From Octopus sinensis (taxonomy: Eukaryota): a stretch of DNA of 64,000 nucleotides. The stretch spans positions 46,066,001 to 46,130,000 of the forward strand of contig NC_042999.1 in the NCBI RefSeq assembly GCF_006345805.1. Reading direction: 5' to 3'. Every line of letters starts with the position of its first letter. Within the stretch, counting starts at the first letter, position 1. The notes beneath the pieces were generated by a model, which saw only the letters and a program-made list of their open reading frames with translations, was not told where the DNA came from and did not search any database. The position numbers and the translations under genes were made by a program. Positions 1 to 12,851 of this stretch are shown here, in pieces.

Positions 1-1500
1 GAGCAGCTAGAAATAATAGCCAAATCTCTCTCTAATCATACCTTACATCTTGAAAATAAAAGGAAGGATTTGTTGGAAAACATAGACCTAGATACAGTAT
101 GTTGGGGCAATGGAAGGTTGGAATGGTTTAGCAGGAATTCCTTTGAGACAGTATTGCTTGATAAGCAACATCAACAAGAAGAGCAGCAACAGCTAATGAT
201 ACAATCACTGCATCTAAATAATATATGAAGTTGCAGGTAATTGCAATTTTAAATGTATGAGATGTATTGGTTAAGAGTATAAGGTGGAAGACAACTCGTC
301 CACATAGTTATAAGTTCAGACCTTATAACAGTCATTCTGTGCACTTCGTTAAAAAGAAACAAGTATGCTTGCTCCAGCTTGATGGAACAGATAAAAATAC
401 AGACCCCTTCCCCTCGGCTCTACTTCTTCATAATTATGTAGTTAGAAGTGCGAAGGGCATCTTGCTTTAAAAATATTGCTGTGACAAATAAATCCTGTGA
501 GCTGGGAATGAAAAAGAAAAAAAGTAAAATAGTTTTAAAAAAGAAACATTTATTAAAATCTGAAGATTTTTAAATATTTTATTTCATGTGATAGTTGGAA
601 ACCCAGAAATAGAATGGTTGTTATTTGAAGAGAAAATAAATACTTTGCTGGATTTCTAAAAGGCTCTGTTACAGTTGTTATAATCAGATAAATCACTTGG
701 CACACAGTGCTGATTTTCTTAATGGCTGAGAGCAAAACAGCTGCTTGACGCCTGCACAGAAGAATCTATAGAAGAATCTTAGAAATCAGCAATCTAAGAA
801 TCCTTAATTTGAGATACACAAGCTATCTTTACTTCATCCACGTCCATGGGAAAAACCTTCAGCTGTTTGGTAAAGAAAAGACTCATTCACCAACACACTC
901 AAAACTGCCATGTAGTTGGTTTTTCATGCCAGAATTATTTCTCAAATCTCCCTCTGACTAATCCCACCTCTCCATTGCTACCACTACAATCTGTTTTGAA
1001 AAACAAACTTGAGTGAATTCAGACCAGTTTTCCAGTTTATAAGCTCTCCTCCACCCCACCCCCTGCCAACCTACCCACATTCTGTTTATGATAAAGAGAC
1101 AGAAATTGCTGAAGATTATGCTGCAGATCATTAATAATAGAATTTAAAATTTTACAAATTGTGTGTAAGCATGTGTGTGATTGTGATTTGTCTTATTGTA
1201 TTATCTTGATGGAATTTGCGCAAACTAATTTGTCATTGGCTAACAGCATCCATAATCTCAGGGTTTATAGATTTATATAGTAATGCTTAAGAAATTTGGT
1301 GATCTTGTTTATTGTCCTCACAGAGGTTTCTCTGCCCATTATTGTGTGTTGCTATTGGTCAGCCGATGACTTTTGTATCAAGTCTGCAGATGTTACTTCC
1401 AAAAATTTCCCCTGTAACCCTAAGCTGAGTGGTTGTCAGGTTCTCTGTCTTGCTGAAGGGCTAGCTTATTTCTATATTAGCTTACAACCCTTATTTCTAG

Positions 1501-1537
1501 AGTTTGTTTCCCTATCTGCCACATGGAGACCAGCCAG
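1501..1537 (+). CDS. Candidate 37-nt internal coding exon (SLFPYLPHGDQP-G) of the gene ending at 13012
   Basis: Pyrimidine-rich acceptor ccttatttctag ending at 1500 and a consensus donor CAG|GTAAGT at 1538. The phase-1 end joins GT AAT at 12852 in frame to give Gly. No homology check was possible. Confidence 0.4.
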
Positions 1538-2021
1538 GTAAGTGTTCTCTCTGCAAATCGTATTCTTGTGATCAAATTTTTATATCATATTTTTATTACA
1601 CTATAAAAATAACAAGAAACACTCGCCCCCCTAAAAAAAAAAACATAGGATAGCAAGATTCTTCTTCAGCTCCTGGTTAAAACCTTGTTTCATTGTAAAA
1701 TGTCTTGAATACAAATCAGGGGTTTTGTTGAGATTAAAGGACAAAACACTCTGTTCTATATTGTCTTGGTTCACCTTGATAAAAAGTACTAAATCATCTC
1801 ACAATATCAGTAGATAGGTTGTGGTGTTGAGGTTACATTTATCTTTTCTCTACTTCAAGCTCTGGAACTAGGGCTAACCTAAATGCCTTCTAATCACCCA
1901 GTGGGTTTTGGAGACTAATATATTGTATGAAATTTACTGTACATAGTTTAGGTCTAAATCTGCACTTGTTCTCTCAGACATGGCCTTTTTTTTAAATATT
2001 TATTTATTTCTGTTAACACAA

Positions 2022-2453
2022 TCAAATCAAAATCGAAATCGATCAACATCAATGGAATTTGTAGTTGTGGTACCAGTGCCAGTGGCACATAAGAGAACCA
2101 TCCGAACGTGGCCGTTGCCAGCACCGCATCGACTGGCCTCCGTGCTGGTAGCACGTAACAAACACCATCCGATCATGACTGTGCCAGCCTCGCCTGGCCT
2201 CTGTGCCGGTGGCATGTAAAAAGCACCATCCGAGCATGGCCGTTTGCCAGCCTCGTCTGGCACCTGTGTTGGTGGCACATAAAAAGCACCCACTACACTC
2301 ATGGAGTGGTTGGCGTTAGGAAGGGCATCCAGCTGTAGAAACACTGCCAGATATGACTGGCCTGGTGCAGCCTTCGAGCTTCCCAGACCCCAGTTGAACC
2401 GTCCAACCCATGCTAGCATGGAAAACGGACGTTAAACGATGATGATGATGATG
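2022..2453 (+). mobile_element. RTE-clade LINE 3' UTR fragment
   Basis: Same subrepeats and tail (ccaacccatgctagcatggaaaacggacgttaaac(gat)n) as the RT-bearing copy at 6001-7198. Confidence 0.75.
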
Positions 2454-2651
2454 TCTGTGGGAGAAATATCATCCATTGCAGGTAATTTTTGTTTTTCAAT
2501 CTGTGTCATTTGAGCCGTTTTGGAAAAGCTGGGCTGCTGTTCTTGTATTCTTTGGCACCTCATCTGATGAAAGTGCTATATGTGAGTCTTGTGAGGGTAC
2601 ATACACGGTCAGTGCAGTGTCTCAGCCTTGTTCACATTCAGTTATTTTCAT

Positions 2652-2884
2652 TCATCATCATCATCATGTTTTCCATGCTGGTATGGGTTGGATGGTTTGA
2701 GAGAAGCTGGCCAGCTGGAGAACTGCACCAGGTTCCAGCTGTCTGTTTTGATATGGTTTCTAAGATTGGATGCCCTTCATTATACCAACCACTTTACAGA
2801 GTGCACTGGGTGCTTTTTACATTGCATCAGCACAGGAGCTTTATATGTGACACATGCAAAGGTGCATTTTACATGGCACCAGCA
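2652..2884 (-). mobile_element. RTE-clade LINE 3' end, older copy
   Basis: Reverse complement of the same tail, starting with (cat)n then ttccatgctggtatgggttggatgg. Confidence 0.7.
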
Positions 2885-3040
2885 AGATAAAAGGGGAAAA
2901 AATTTTCTTATAATTAAAATATAGGAACATCTTCATTGCTTCCTTTCAGAGTACTTCTAGGTGAAGTCAAATAATGATATGAGAGTTACTTACATTGGGA
3001 GACAAAAGATAAACTTGCCATTCTGAAAGGCACTTCTTAT

Positions 3041-3388
3041 ACTCTTTTACTCTTTTAGTTGTTTCAGTCATTTGACTGTGGCCACACTGGAGCACTGCCT
3101 TTAATCGAGCAAATCGACCCCAGGACTTATTCTTTGTAAGCCTAGTACTTATTCTCTTTTGCCGAACCACTAAGCACCAGCATCGGTTGTCAAGTGATGT
3201 TAGGGGGACAAACACAGACGCACAAACATACACACATATACGACAGGCTTCTTTCAGTTTTGGTCTGCCAAATCCACTCACAAGGCTATAGTAGAAGACA
3301 CTTGCCCAAGGTGCCATGCAGTGGGACTGAACCCGGAACCATGTGGTTCGTAAGCAAGCTACTTACCACACAGCCTCTCCTATGCCTA
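3041..3388 (-). mobile_element. tRNA-derived CORE-like SINE (family A, OR-like)
   Basis: tRNA head with A/B boxes, MIR-core-like caccttgggcaagtgtctt, and tail gactgaaacaactaaaagag. Many copies in the window. Confidence 0.85.
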
Positions 3389-4013
3389 TACTGCTGATAA
3401 AGACATAAACATTATCAATGTTTGCTTCTTTATTTGCTTCAAATTAAAAAGAAAATACTGAACACTAAAAGGATCACTAATTCTTTTTGTTTCCTTAAAT
3501 GTAAACTTAGAAATTCTTATTTGATACAAAAAAAAGACTATTTTATTTTGTTTTTTATGACTTGGTGTTGTGCCCTTCATCGATCAACTCAATAGCAAAT
3601 AAAAGCAAGTGATGAAACCATTCTGCATGCCCTCATTCAGTGTCTGGGCATTGCTGACTTGTAAGGTTATGTTGAACAGCTGCTGTCTTGTGTGGGACGG
3701 ATCTGTCTGTCGGTTGAGTCTGTAGTGATGATTGCACCACTGCCTTCCTTCAATCGGGAAGGCAAGGCAGTTTTCCTTTGTCTGTTGGCTGTGGTGAAAG
3801 AAGTGTTTGGTGGACAAGGCTGAAAGGCATGGGGACATACATTTCTCTTTTGCAGAGCTCTAATTGACTTCAAATTTCACTTGAAAAGGAAATTGAGAGT
3901 GGAAAGTAAAGTGCTGTCCTCGAGTGAGTTTATTGAAAAGTGGGCAAAAGTTGTGAAAATGGCAAGAGTGGATGGTACTTCTCTAAGTGTAGACCTGTGA
4001 GTCAGAGAGAAGG

Positions 4014-4691
4014 AATTGGAGAGGGCACTTGCTCCTAGGGTTTGAGGGAAATCTTCGACAGTGGGGTTCCTCGATTATCCCTCGAGGCATTCCTGTCTCA
4101 GAAGGGTCACATCTCTATCATCTCTTCCCCATTTTTTTTCTTTTTTACCTTTGTACACTATGCATGTGTTCCTTCTTTTCCAGTGTATGCCATATATACT
4201 TATTTTTTTTTTATCATTTCACTATTATATGTAAACACCCACACTTTATGTCTGTCTTTGTACTGTCCCCTCATCCATTGCCCTTGTGACAAATAAATTA
4301 ATTCATTGTTATTATTATTAAAGAGGGTAAAGCAGTGAGCTGGTAGAATCGTTAGCACACTAGGCAAAATTCTTTGCTGTATTTCGGCCATCACTATGTT
4401 CTGAGTTCAAATTCCACCATGGTCGACTTTGTCTTTCCTCCTTTTGGGGTTAATAAATTAAGTACCAGTTGATTACAGGGATCGATGTAATCGACTACCC
4501 CCTTCCCCAAATTTCAGCCCTTGTGCCTAGAGTAGAACACATGCATAGCGTACAAAGGTAAAAAAGAAAAAAATGGGGAAGAGATGATAAAGATATGACC
4601 CTTCTGAGACAGGAATGCCTCGAGGGATAATCGAGGAACCCCACTGTCCTAGATTTCTTTGAAACCCTAGGAGCAAGTGCCCTCTCCAATT
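4014..4691. repeat. Inverted duplication, about 158-bp arms (4014-4171 and 4535-4691)
   Basis: Arms align as reverse complements with about 8 mismatches and 1 indel by hand alignment. Confidence 0.9.
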
Positions 4692-5175
4692 ATTATTAAA
4701 GAGGGTGAGTTGGCAGAGTTATTAGCATTCTGTTTTGTGGCATTTTGTCCATTTTACATTCTAAATTCAAATTTCACCTACGTTGACTTTGCCTTTCATT
4801 CTCTCAGGGGATGATAAAATAACACTGGGATTGATGTATTTGTCTTACCCCTCCCGCAAAATGGTTGACCTTGTGCCAAAATTTGAAACCTTTATTACTA
4901 TTATTATTGTGTGAGAGAACAGTGCATACCATCATTGTTATTATTATTATTATTATTATTATTAGGTGGTAAGCTGGCAGAATCATTAGCAATCTAGGCC
5001 AAATGCTTAGCAGTATTTCTCCTGTCGCTATGTTCTGAGTTCAAATTCTGCCAAGGTCCACTTTTCCTTTCATCCTTTTGGGGTCGATGAATTAAGTACC
5101 AATGAAACACTGGGGTCAATGTGATTGACTGTCCCCCTCCCACAAAATCCAGGCCTTGTGCCTATAGTAGAAAGG

Positions 5176-5176
<1 letters not shown>
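4323..5176 (+). mobile_element. Three head-to-tail family B SINEs (about 4323-4535, 4700-4890, 4964-5176)
   Basis: Head gagctggcagaatcgttagc, B box gagttcaaattcc, central gcctttcatcctttcggggtcgat domain. Confidence 0.8.
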
Positions 5177-5216
<40 letters not shown>

Positions 5217-6000
5217 GGCTACCATACTGTAAAGTCACGGAAATTTGGAGCTCTGTAAGTTGAAATAGTGTTTGCAATCTTTTCAGCCGTCTAAGGCCCT
5301 GTGTTTTTATTTTATTGTTACCATTGCATTTCTGAGATTGTCTGGACTGTGCCAATGGTATTTTTGTGTAGAAACACCTGTTTTGCCGAAGGTGCATAAA
5401 TATTTTTTTGAATATTAACAACTGTCAGTAGAAAATGATATTTTGCCGTTTTCATTATTCCGTTAAAGATGGCTGATAAAGAAGCCATCATAATGTTCGA
5501 TAATGGAACACGTTGCTGATTGCAGAAAAACGAGAACAAAAATGTAGAATGGCCTAAACTTAATGTTTAGAGATTGTTTTGTCTCTAAGCAATGTCAAAT
5601 CTTTCGTGATGACAAAGACAACAGCAGCAGTGACAACAACAACAACAACAATACTAAAGAGAGAAAGCTTAGAAACATGAATATTACTACTTTGACCGCC
5701 ACCAAAACTGCGTCCGCTGTAATTTCTTTTTGTGATTACTGTGAGAAATTTGGAGGATTTCCGCATAGATGAAGATTTAATGATAGCAAGGAAAATAGTA
5801 AAAAGGAATGGGAGAAGGGTAGTTCTAAATTCTCCATCCAATGTGATAGAGTATATATTAAGAAGCACAGTCACGCACTGCTGCATCAGAGTTAAGTCAC
5901 ACTGGGTGGAAAATGCACCTGAGAGCAAAATACAAAAATGCTTTGTGCATGTGTGGGGACAAAAGACCCACATCACCCAAGGAAAGAAGTTTGAAACTAT

Positions 6001-7198
6001 TCAGAGAACAACTTCTGCCACATTCCAAGGAGAAATACTAGAAGTAGTTGATAGCTTCTGTTACCTAGGTGACCAAGTCAGATGTGGGGGTGGGTGCTCT
6101 GAAAGTGTAGCTGCTAGAATAAGAATAGCCTGAGCAAAGTTCAGAGAGCTCCTACCTCTGCTGGTGACAAAGGGCCTCTCGCTCAGAGTAAAAGGGAGAC
6201 TGTATGACGCATGTGTATGAACAGCCATGCTACATGGCAGTGATGCATGGGCCATGACTGCCGAGGACATGCGTAAGCTTGCAAGGAATGAAGCCAGTAA
6301 GCTCCGATGGATGTGTAATGTCAGTGTGCATACTCGACAGAGTGTAAATACCTTGAGAGAAAAGTTGGGCCTAAGAAGCATCAGATGTGGTTTGCAAAAG
6401 AGAAGACTGCACTGGTATGGTCATGTGGCAAGAATGGATGAAGATAGCTGTGTGAAAAAGTGTCACACCCTAGCGGTTGAGGGAAACTGTAGACCCAGGA
6501 AGACCTGGGATGAGTTGTGAAGCATGACCTTCGAACCGAGGCAATGACTAGTGACCGAGACCTTTGGAAGTATGCTGTGCTTGAGAAGACCCAGCAAGCC
6601 AAGTAAGGCCTTAACTGATGGTCTATGCCAGTGGTGTAACCAGCCCACTTAGGTATACCTTTCTTTCATTGGACTCTAAACTCTGCTTGCGAAGACCTGT
6701 CGAGGCAAGTGAAATCGAACTCAAATTCGATGACAGCACCGCATGACTGGCATCCGTGCTAGTGGAGCGCTAAGAGCACCATCCGAGCATGATTGTTTGC
6801 CAGGGCCACTGACTGGCCCCTGTGCTGGTGGCACATAAAAAGCACCATTCAATCATGATTGTTAGCAGCATCGCCTTACTGGCACTTGTGCCTGTGGTAC
6901 ATGAAAAACAACATTTGAGTAAGGGCGTTGTTAGTGCTGCTGGACTGGCTCCTGTGCAGGTGACATGTAAAAACACCATTTGAGCGTGGCCGTTGCCAGT
7001 ACTGCCTGACTGGTCCTTGTGCCAGTGACATGTAAAAGCACCCACTACACTCTCGGAGTGGTTAGCATAAGGATCTGTAGAAACTCTGCCAGATCAGATT
7101 GGAGCCTAGTGCAGCCATCTGGCTCACCAGTCCCAAGTCAAACTGTCTAACCCATGCTAGCATGGAAAGTGGACGTTAAACGATGATGATGATGATGA
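6001..7198 (+). mobile_element. 5'-truncated RTE-clade LINE (end of RT ORF plus 3' UTR)
   Basis: LEVVDSFCYLGD..RIRIA*AKFRELLPLL..LHGSDAWAM..RRLHWYGHVARM..RPRKTW motifs with stops, then a 3' UTR and (gat)n tail. Confidence 0.9.
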
Positions 7199-7221
7199 TA
7201 TATATATATACATACACACAT

Positions 7222-7440
7222 TGTCATCATCATCATTATCGTCTTCTAATATCCATTGTCAATGCTGGTATGGGTTAGACGGTTTGACCAGGGCTGGTAA
7301 GCTGAGTGGCTGCACCAAACTCCAGTCTGATTTGGCATGGTTTCGACGGTTGGATGCCCTTCCAAATGCCAACCACTCCAAAAGTGTAATGAGTACTTTT
7401 ATGTGCCATGGGCACGGGTACCAGTTATGTGACACTGGCA
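7222..7440 (-). mobile_element. RTE LINE 3' tail, inverted relative to 6001-7198
   Basis: Degenerate reverse complement of the RTE tail. Confidence 0.65.
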
Positions 7441-7844
7441 TTACATGAACGTCTACTTTTCCATGTTTGCATGGATCAGATATCAAATTATCTGAGGTAG
7501 ATTTCCTACAGCCAGATCCCCTTCCTGTCATTATCCCTCACCTGTCTCCAAACAAGGTGACATTTCTTCATGACTGGTTTTGTTTTCACTGAATTCTTGG
7601 AATGGATGACACTTCCTGAGTGTCAGTGACATTCAATGACAACCACCATGTGATGTCAAGAGACAGGGACACAAACATACACACACACATAAAGGCAGGC
7701 TTCATAGGATCAAGAACAGGAGGTGCAGGGAGTGAAAGTGCACCCCTCTAAAATTTGGGGTGCGGGGCAATGAACACACTTTGAATATATTCCTGGAAAA
7801 CTGGGTTTTGGAGCCCCTAAGCAAATGTCATTCCCACTTATGAC

Positions 7845-7977
7845 AGACAGGAGACATTGCTCGGTCTGAGGCTTCAGTAGAAGAAACTTGCCCAAAGTGG
7901 TACCCAATGGGACTGAACCTGAAATTATGTGGTTTAGCATCAAACTTCTCAACCACACAGCCACATCTGTGCCTAAA
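7845..7977 (-). mobile_element. Family A SINE head, degenerate
   Basis: gggactgaacc...accacacagcc, matching the family A head. Confidence 0.6.
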
Positions 7978-8225
7978 CCTATAAAGTGTGTGTGTGTGTG
8001 TTGGCATTTCATGACATGGATTGAGACTGATGGAGTGAAACTGATAAGATGTTTATATGCCTTGTAGACACTGAGACTGATCTTTCTGTGCTTTTGAAGT
8101 CCAGTGGAATAAAAAAATAAATTCCTTTACTTAAAAAAATAAAGGTTGGTAACAGGAAAAGCATCCAGCTATAAAATACTGCCGCACATAAATCCCTGTC
8201 CAGCTTGTGTTAAAATGGATAAATG

Positions 8226-8392
8226 CAGGGCCAGCTCAAGGTAACGACAATTCAGGCAGTCGTCCGGGGCACCATGTGCTTTTTAGTCTACGTTTTCAGT
8301 TTTTCTCCTTGTGAAAGTTTTAAAAGATTATACTTGTAAGAGCACTGAAGTTCAGCTTGCCAAAGTTACCAGCAACTCTAGGGCCAGCCCCG
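8226..8392. mobile_element. hAT-like MITE
   Basis: Imperfect TIRs cagggccagctc / gggccagccccg, flanked by an 8-bp near-duplication gataaatg (8218-8225) / gatagatg (8393-8400). Confidence 0.5.
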
Positions 8393-8838
8393 GATAGATG
8401 GACTCAACAAAGAAACAAATTGTATTAAACAAACTGTCTGGTTAATCTTTGTAGCTGTTGTATATCAAAGTTGTAAAAGCAAAAGCTATTTACTTGGAGA
8501 CAAAAAAAAATCTTGCTCATTAACCTTACTGTGGCCACTGGACTGTATTAACAAGGTTTCATTTAACTGGCTTTTTCCATTACTGCTTCTGCTAGCCTGA
8601 ACTAGCAAGCATCATTCACTTGATGAGCCTGCTGTCCTACATCAGTTCCTCATCATTGCTGCAATGCCACATCCTTGAATGCTTGGCATAAATATGAATG
8701 TGTGCCCTCCGTGTTCCCAAGGTATTGTTCCTCACCTCATAACTTTCCGAAAAATGAATTTTTAAAAATTTAATTTTTGTACTTGGCTTGCAAGATTCTT
8801 TGTGTGAATTTGTGTGTTTAAAACAAATTTTGTTGTCT

Positions 8839-9140
8839 TGTTTGTTCCTTCTCGAGCCACGCCTGGCTCATAAGGGCTGGCTTCCCAGTTTCCTTGGTGT
8901 ATAGGTTCCCCACCTGGACGGGACGCCAGTCCGTTGCAGGTGAGCTGCAAGATGCAGGAGGACAGAGTGAGAGAAAGTTGTGGCGAAAGAGTCAGCAGAG
9001 ATTCACCATTACCTTCTGCCGGAGCCGCGTGGAGCTTAGGTGTTTTGCTCATAAACAAACACATCGCCCAGTCTGAGATTTGAACCCGCAATCCCTCGAC
9101 TGCAAGTCTGCTGCTCTAACCACTAGGCCATGTGCCTCCA
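8839..9140 (-). mobile_element. tRNA-derived SINE (family E)
   Basis: Minus-strand head tggaggcacatggcctagtggttagagcagc..gggttcaaatc. Related sequence at 29035-29140 and 29187. Confidence 0.8.
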
Positions 9141-10389
9141 CTTGTTGTGTCTTGGGAGAGTTATTATGCCAATATTAAATACGTGACCTCCATAGTGAAC
9201 TGGAAGAGATAGTTACCTAGCTTACAAATGGCAACAAAAGAACTTTAACATAAAACGGAAGGAAAAAAAAAGCAAAAAATCCCAAATATTATCAACTGTT
9301 TAAATGAGTTAAACAATCAATCAATTAGTTAATTGGATAGATATTCAACCAGTTAACTGATAATAAAGGAGTGGAATTGAACAAGTGCGTGTGTTAATTA
9401 TATTTGTATAATGACTCTCCTTAAATACAGCAGAATTTACGCTTTAAATATAATTTTCAATGAATACATTATTAGTTTAGATTTTCATTATATTGGAATT
9501 TGATGTAAAAAAAAAAAAAAATGGAAGGAGTGTGGATAATTCACACACTTCATCAAAACGTATGAGGAAACAAAATCCAAATGTGTGAATTATTCAACCC
9601 ACCCCCTTTTTTTTTTGCTCATCAAATTCTGATATCATTGCAATTTATACCACCTGAAAGATATTTGTCGAAGTTTTTATTTTTAAAATATTCAATTTTC
9701 TTGAAGTTATGAAGAAACAAATTGATTCGTGTGAATTAACTAAGACTTCTCTTTACCCCTCTCAAATAGTGTTTCACAGTAAATTCCAGTATAATGTTAA
9801 TCTGAATCTAAAGTTTTATACCTGGAAAATTTCATTAAAGAATATGCATTTTTTTTTCAGTGAGTTATGAAGAAATAAAATCTGAGATACACTACGTCTG
9901 TAGTTATGCTGAAATCTTAAGTCCTGTTTAACCATCTTTCTTAAGAACTGCAGACATTTATCTACAGAAATATTCCAGCTTTAATTGACTGATGCCACAG
10001 TGTGGAATAACGTGCAACTTTGCCGTCAGAACACCTTAACTATGAACGCGCTTACGCTCTCTCTCTATCTCTCTTCCTCTCTCTCTCTCTCTTTATTTCT
10101 CCCTCTCTCTCTCTCTCTGATATACACAAATACATACGCACATACAAGTTTCCATTTTCAAGGGAAGTAACTTCTACTTACTAAGGGAGATAACTCTGTG
10201 ATACCTATCTGACATCCAGTTTTATGGTGTACTTGTAATATTATGAGTAATAATGATTTTTCTAACTGCTCTCTTAGGAAGGCATCTCTTTGTCTTTTCT
10301 AAACTAGGTTTTCTTCTTCTTTCCATACACACACACACACATATATATCGTTTGTAGAAAATTAAATCTGGAGAAGCACACGCTAAGAT

Positions 10390-10431
10390 GTAGAGCAGTG
10401 TATATTTTAATATTTTAATGGGCCTTCCCCA

Positions 10432-10470
<39 letters not shown>

Positions 10471-10579
10471 TATATATGGGGAAGGCCCATTAAAATATTA
10501 AAATATACACTGCTCTACTATTTTGATATTTTAATGGGTCTTCCCCATTAATATATATATATCAACCCCTATCTCAATT

Positions 10580-10627
<48 letters not shown>

Positions 10628-10641
10628 TATACACTGCTCTA
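10390..10641. repeat. Palindrome with about 42-bp perfect arms around (TA)n, plus two partial extra copies
   Basis: gtagagcagtgtatattttaatattttaatgggccttcccca (10390-10431) and its exact reverse complement (10477-10518). Partial copies at 10519-10560 and 10621-10641. Confidence 0.9.
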
Positions 10642-10863
10642 TAACTTTACAAATGTAAATTCACTGTGTTTTATGTATAACACAGATTTTTATCTATTTA
10701 TATATATCTTTATATTTATACACTTGGAATTTATATATCCGTTTTGTAAATGTGGAAGAATATATGAATATATGTATGTATTTGAATTTCTAGTGTGGAT
10801 CTTAATTATGTTCCTCTAGTTTCCGCTTGCATTGCCTCTGTTGAAATTGAAAAGTATATATAT

Positions 10864-10987
10864 ATCCAGCTGTAGAAACACTGCCAGATCAGACTGGAGC
10901 CTGGTGCAGCCCCTGGCTTCCCAGACCCCGTTCGAACCGTCCAACCCGTGCTAGCGCAGAAAACGAACATAAAACGACGATGATGAT
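10864..10987 (+). mobile_element. RTE LINE 3' tail fragment
   Basis: atccagctgtagaaacactgccagatcagactggagcctggtgcagcc... ending in (gat)n. Confidence 0.7.
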
Positions 10988-11009
10988 ATTTATATGTATG
11001 TATGGCACT

Positions 11010-11311
11010 CAGTCGGTTGTGACAACATTCCAGTGGATCCATTCAACCGAACAGCCTGGTTGTGAAATTTACGGGCAAGTGGTCGAGCACTCCACAGACA
11101 TGTGTATCCTTAACGTAGTTCTCACGAAGATTCAGTGTGACAAGGCTGACCCTTTGAAATACAAGCACTATTCATTGTTGTCAGCTGAGTGGACTGGAGC
11201 AACATGAAATAAAGTGTCTTGCTCAAGAACACAACTCGCCGCTGGGAATTGAACTCACAACCTCATGATCATAAGCCGAATGTCCCTAACCACTAAGCCA
11301 CGCACCTTCAC
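11010..11311 (-). mobile_element. tRNA-derived SINE (family C)
   Basis: Minus-strand head gtgaaggtgcgtggcttagtggttagg..gagttcaattcc, then tgttcttgagcaagacactttatttc. Confidence 0.75.
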
Positions 11312-11450
11312 TTATATATACGCCCTCTAGCATCTTTGTGGGTAGAGTCCTCAAGCACTTCCTTCATAAAGACCTATCACTAGCAAACCTAATTAGACTT
11401 CTGAGCGTGATCAACTGAAATTGTGGATATTATTTAGCCATCTTGTTATT

Positions 11451-11857
11451 CTTTTACTCTTTTACTTGTTTCAGTCATTTGACTGCGGCCATGCTGGAGC
11501 ACCGCCTTTGGTCGAGCAAATCGACCCCGGGATTTATTCTTTGTAAGCCCAGTACATATTCTATCGGTCTCTTTTGCCGAACTACTAAGTGACGGAGACG
11601 TAAACACACCAGCATCGGTTGTCAAGCAATGCTAGGGGGACAAATACAGACACACAAACAAACACACACACATATATATATATACATATATACGACAGGC
11701 TTCTTTTCAGTTTCCGTCTACCAAATCCACTCACAAGGCATTGGTCGGCTCGGGGCTATAGCAGAAGACACTTGCCCAAGATACCACGCAGTGGGACTGA
11801 ACCCGGAACCATGTGGTTGGTTAGCAAGCTACTTACCACACAGCCACTCCTGCGCCT
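11451..11857 (-). mobile_element. Family A SINE, full length
   Basis: Complete head, core, internal microsatellite and tail. Confidence 0.9.
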
Positions 11858-12417
11858 ATATATATATATAATTTATTAGCAAATGGCCATTTCCTATCAA
11901 ATAAAGACTTCTACTCTACACAATGTGTATTCAGTAATCAGTTGAACTATGGTTTTCTTTGTTCCATACTGCATGCACCCTGTGACACACACACACACAC
12001 ACACACACACGCGCATTAAGGACACTTGTTTTCACTAACACATTAGGTCATCTGAATTAGTGAAGGCAGAGATTCTTCGCCAAACATCGAATCTGTAAAA
12101 TACACCTATTTGATCTCTTGTTAGATTTCTATCTCCTTGATCTTTGATTCAAGAATTCTAGCACACACACACACATGTGTGTGTTTATCAGATCTGAGAA
12201 ATGTCGTGTTTTATATGTAAATTGTATGTTTGTGTTGCTCCCCTACCTATAATAAAATGTATATAAATAAAGATAAAATAAATGTTGGTGAATTTTTAAA
12301 GTTCACTAGTTTTTTCAAATTCTACACACACATTAATGTACACATATTGCAGTTATTTTCATACTTTTTGTTTTTAATTCAAATTGCTTTCTCGTGTTAT
12401 ATATAACATGAGAAACA

Positions 12418-12648
12418 AGGCGGTGAGCTGGCAGACACATTAGCGTACCGGGCGAAATGCTTAGTGGTATTTCGTCTGCCGTTACGTTCTGAGTTCAAAT
12501 TCCGCCAAGGTCGACTATGCCTTTCATCCTTTCGGGGTCGATAAATAAAGTACCAGTTTCACACTGGGGTCGATGTAATCGACCTAATCCCTTTGTCTGT
12601 CCTTGTTTGTCCCCTCTATGTTTAGCCCCTTGTGGGCAATAAAGAAAT
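12418..12648 (+). mobile_element. Family B SINE (long tail) with an about 15-bp target-site duplication
   Basis: Flanked by tatataaca(t/c)gagaaa on both sides. Confidence 0.85.
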
Positions 12649-12851
12649 ATATATATAACACGAGAAAGCAAATGGGCTTCCACAGGTTCTGTTTACCATA
12701 TTCATTCGCATGACATGGGTCAGTCAGAGTTATAGTAGAAAAACACCTGTTGAAGGTGCTTCACAGTGAGACTGAACCCAAAACCATGTGATTGTAATTT
12801 TGTCTTTGGATGTAATTGTATGATTTAATAACACGATTCCTATATTTTCAG

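Noticed and set aside
600-1150. Possible very old LINE RT remnant (..FRPV..LLKIMLQIINNRI)
   Set aside because: Too degenerate to delimit or classify by eye.
1296-1541. 81-aa ORF as the coding frame at the 1538 donor
   Set aside because: It would end in phase 2 and create an immediate stop when joined to 12852; only the 37-nt phase-1 reading fits.
5732-6133. 133-aa ORF as a host gene
   Set aside because: Its C-terminal part is RTE reverse transcriptase; the N-terminal part has no clear splice signals and may be older RTE-derived sequence.
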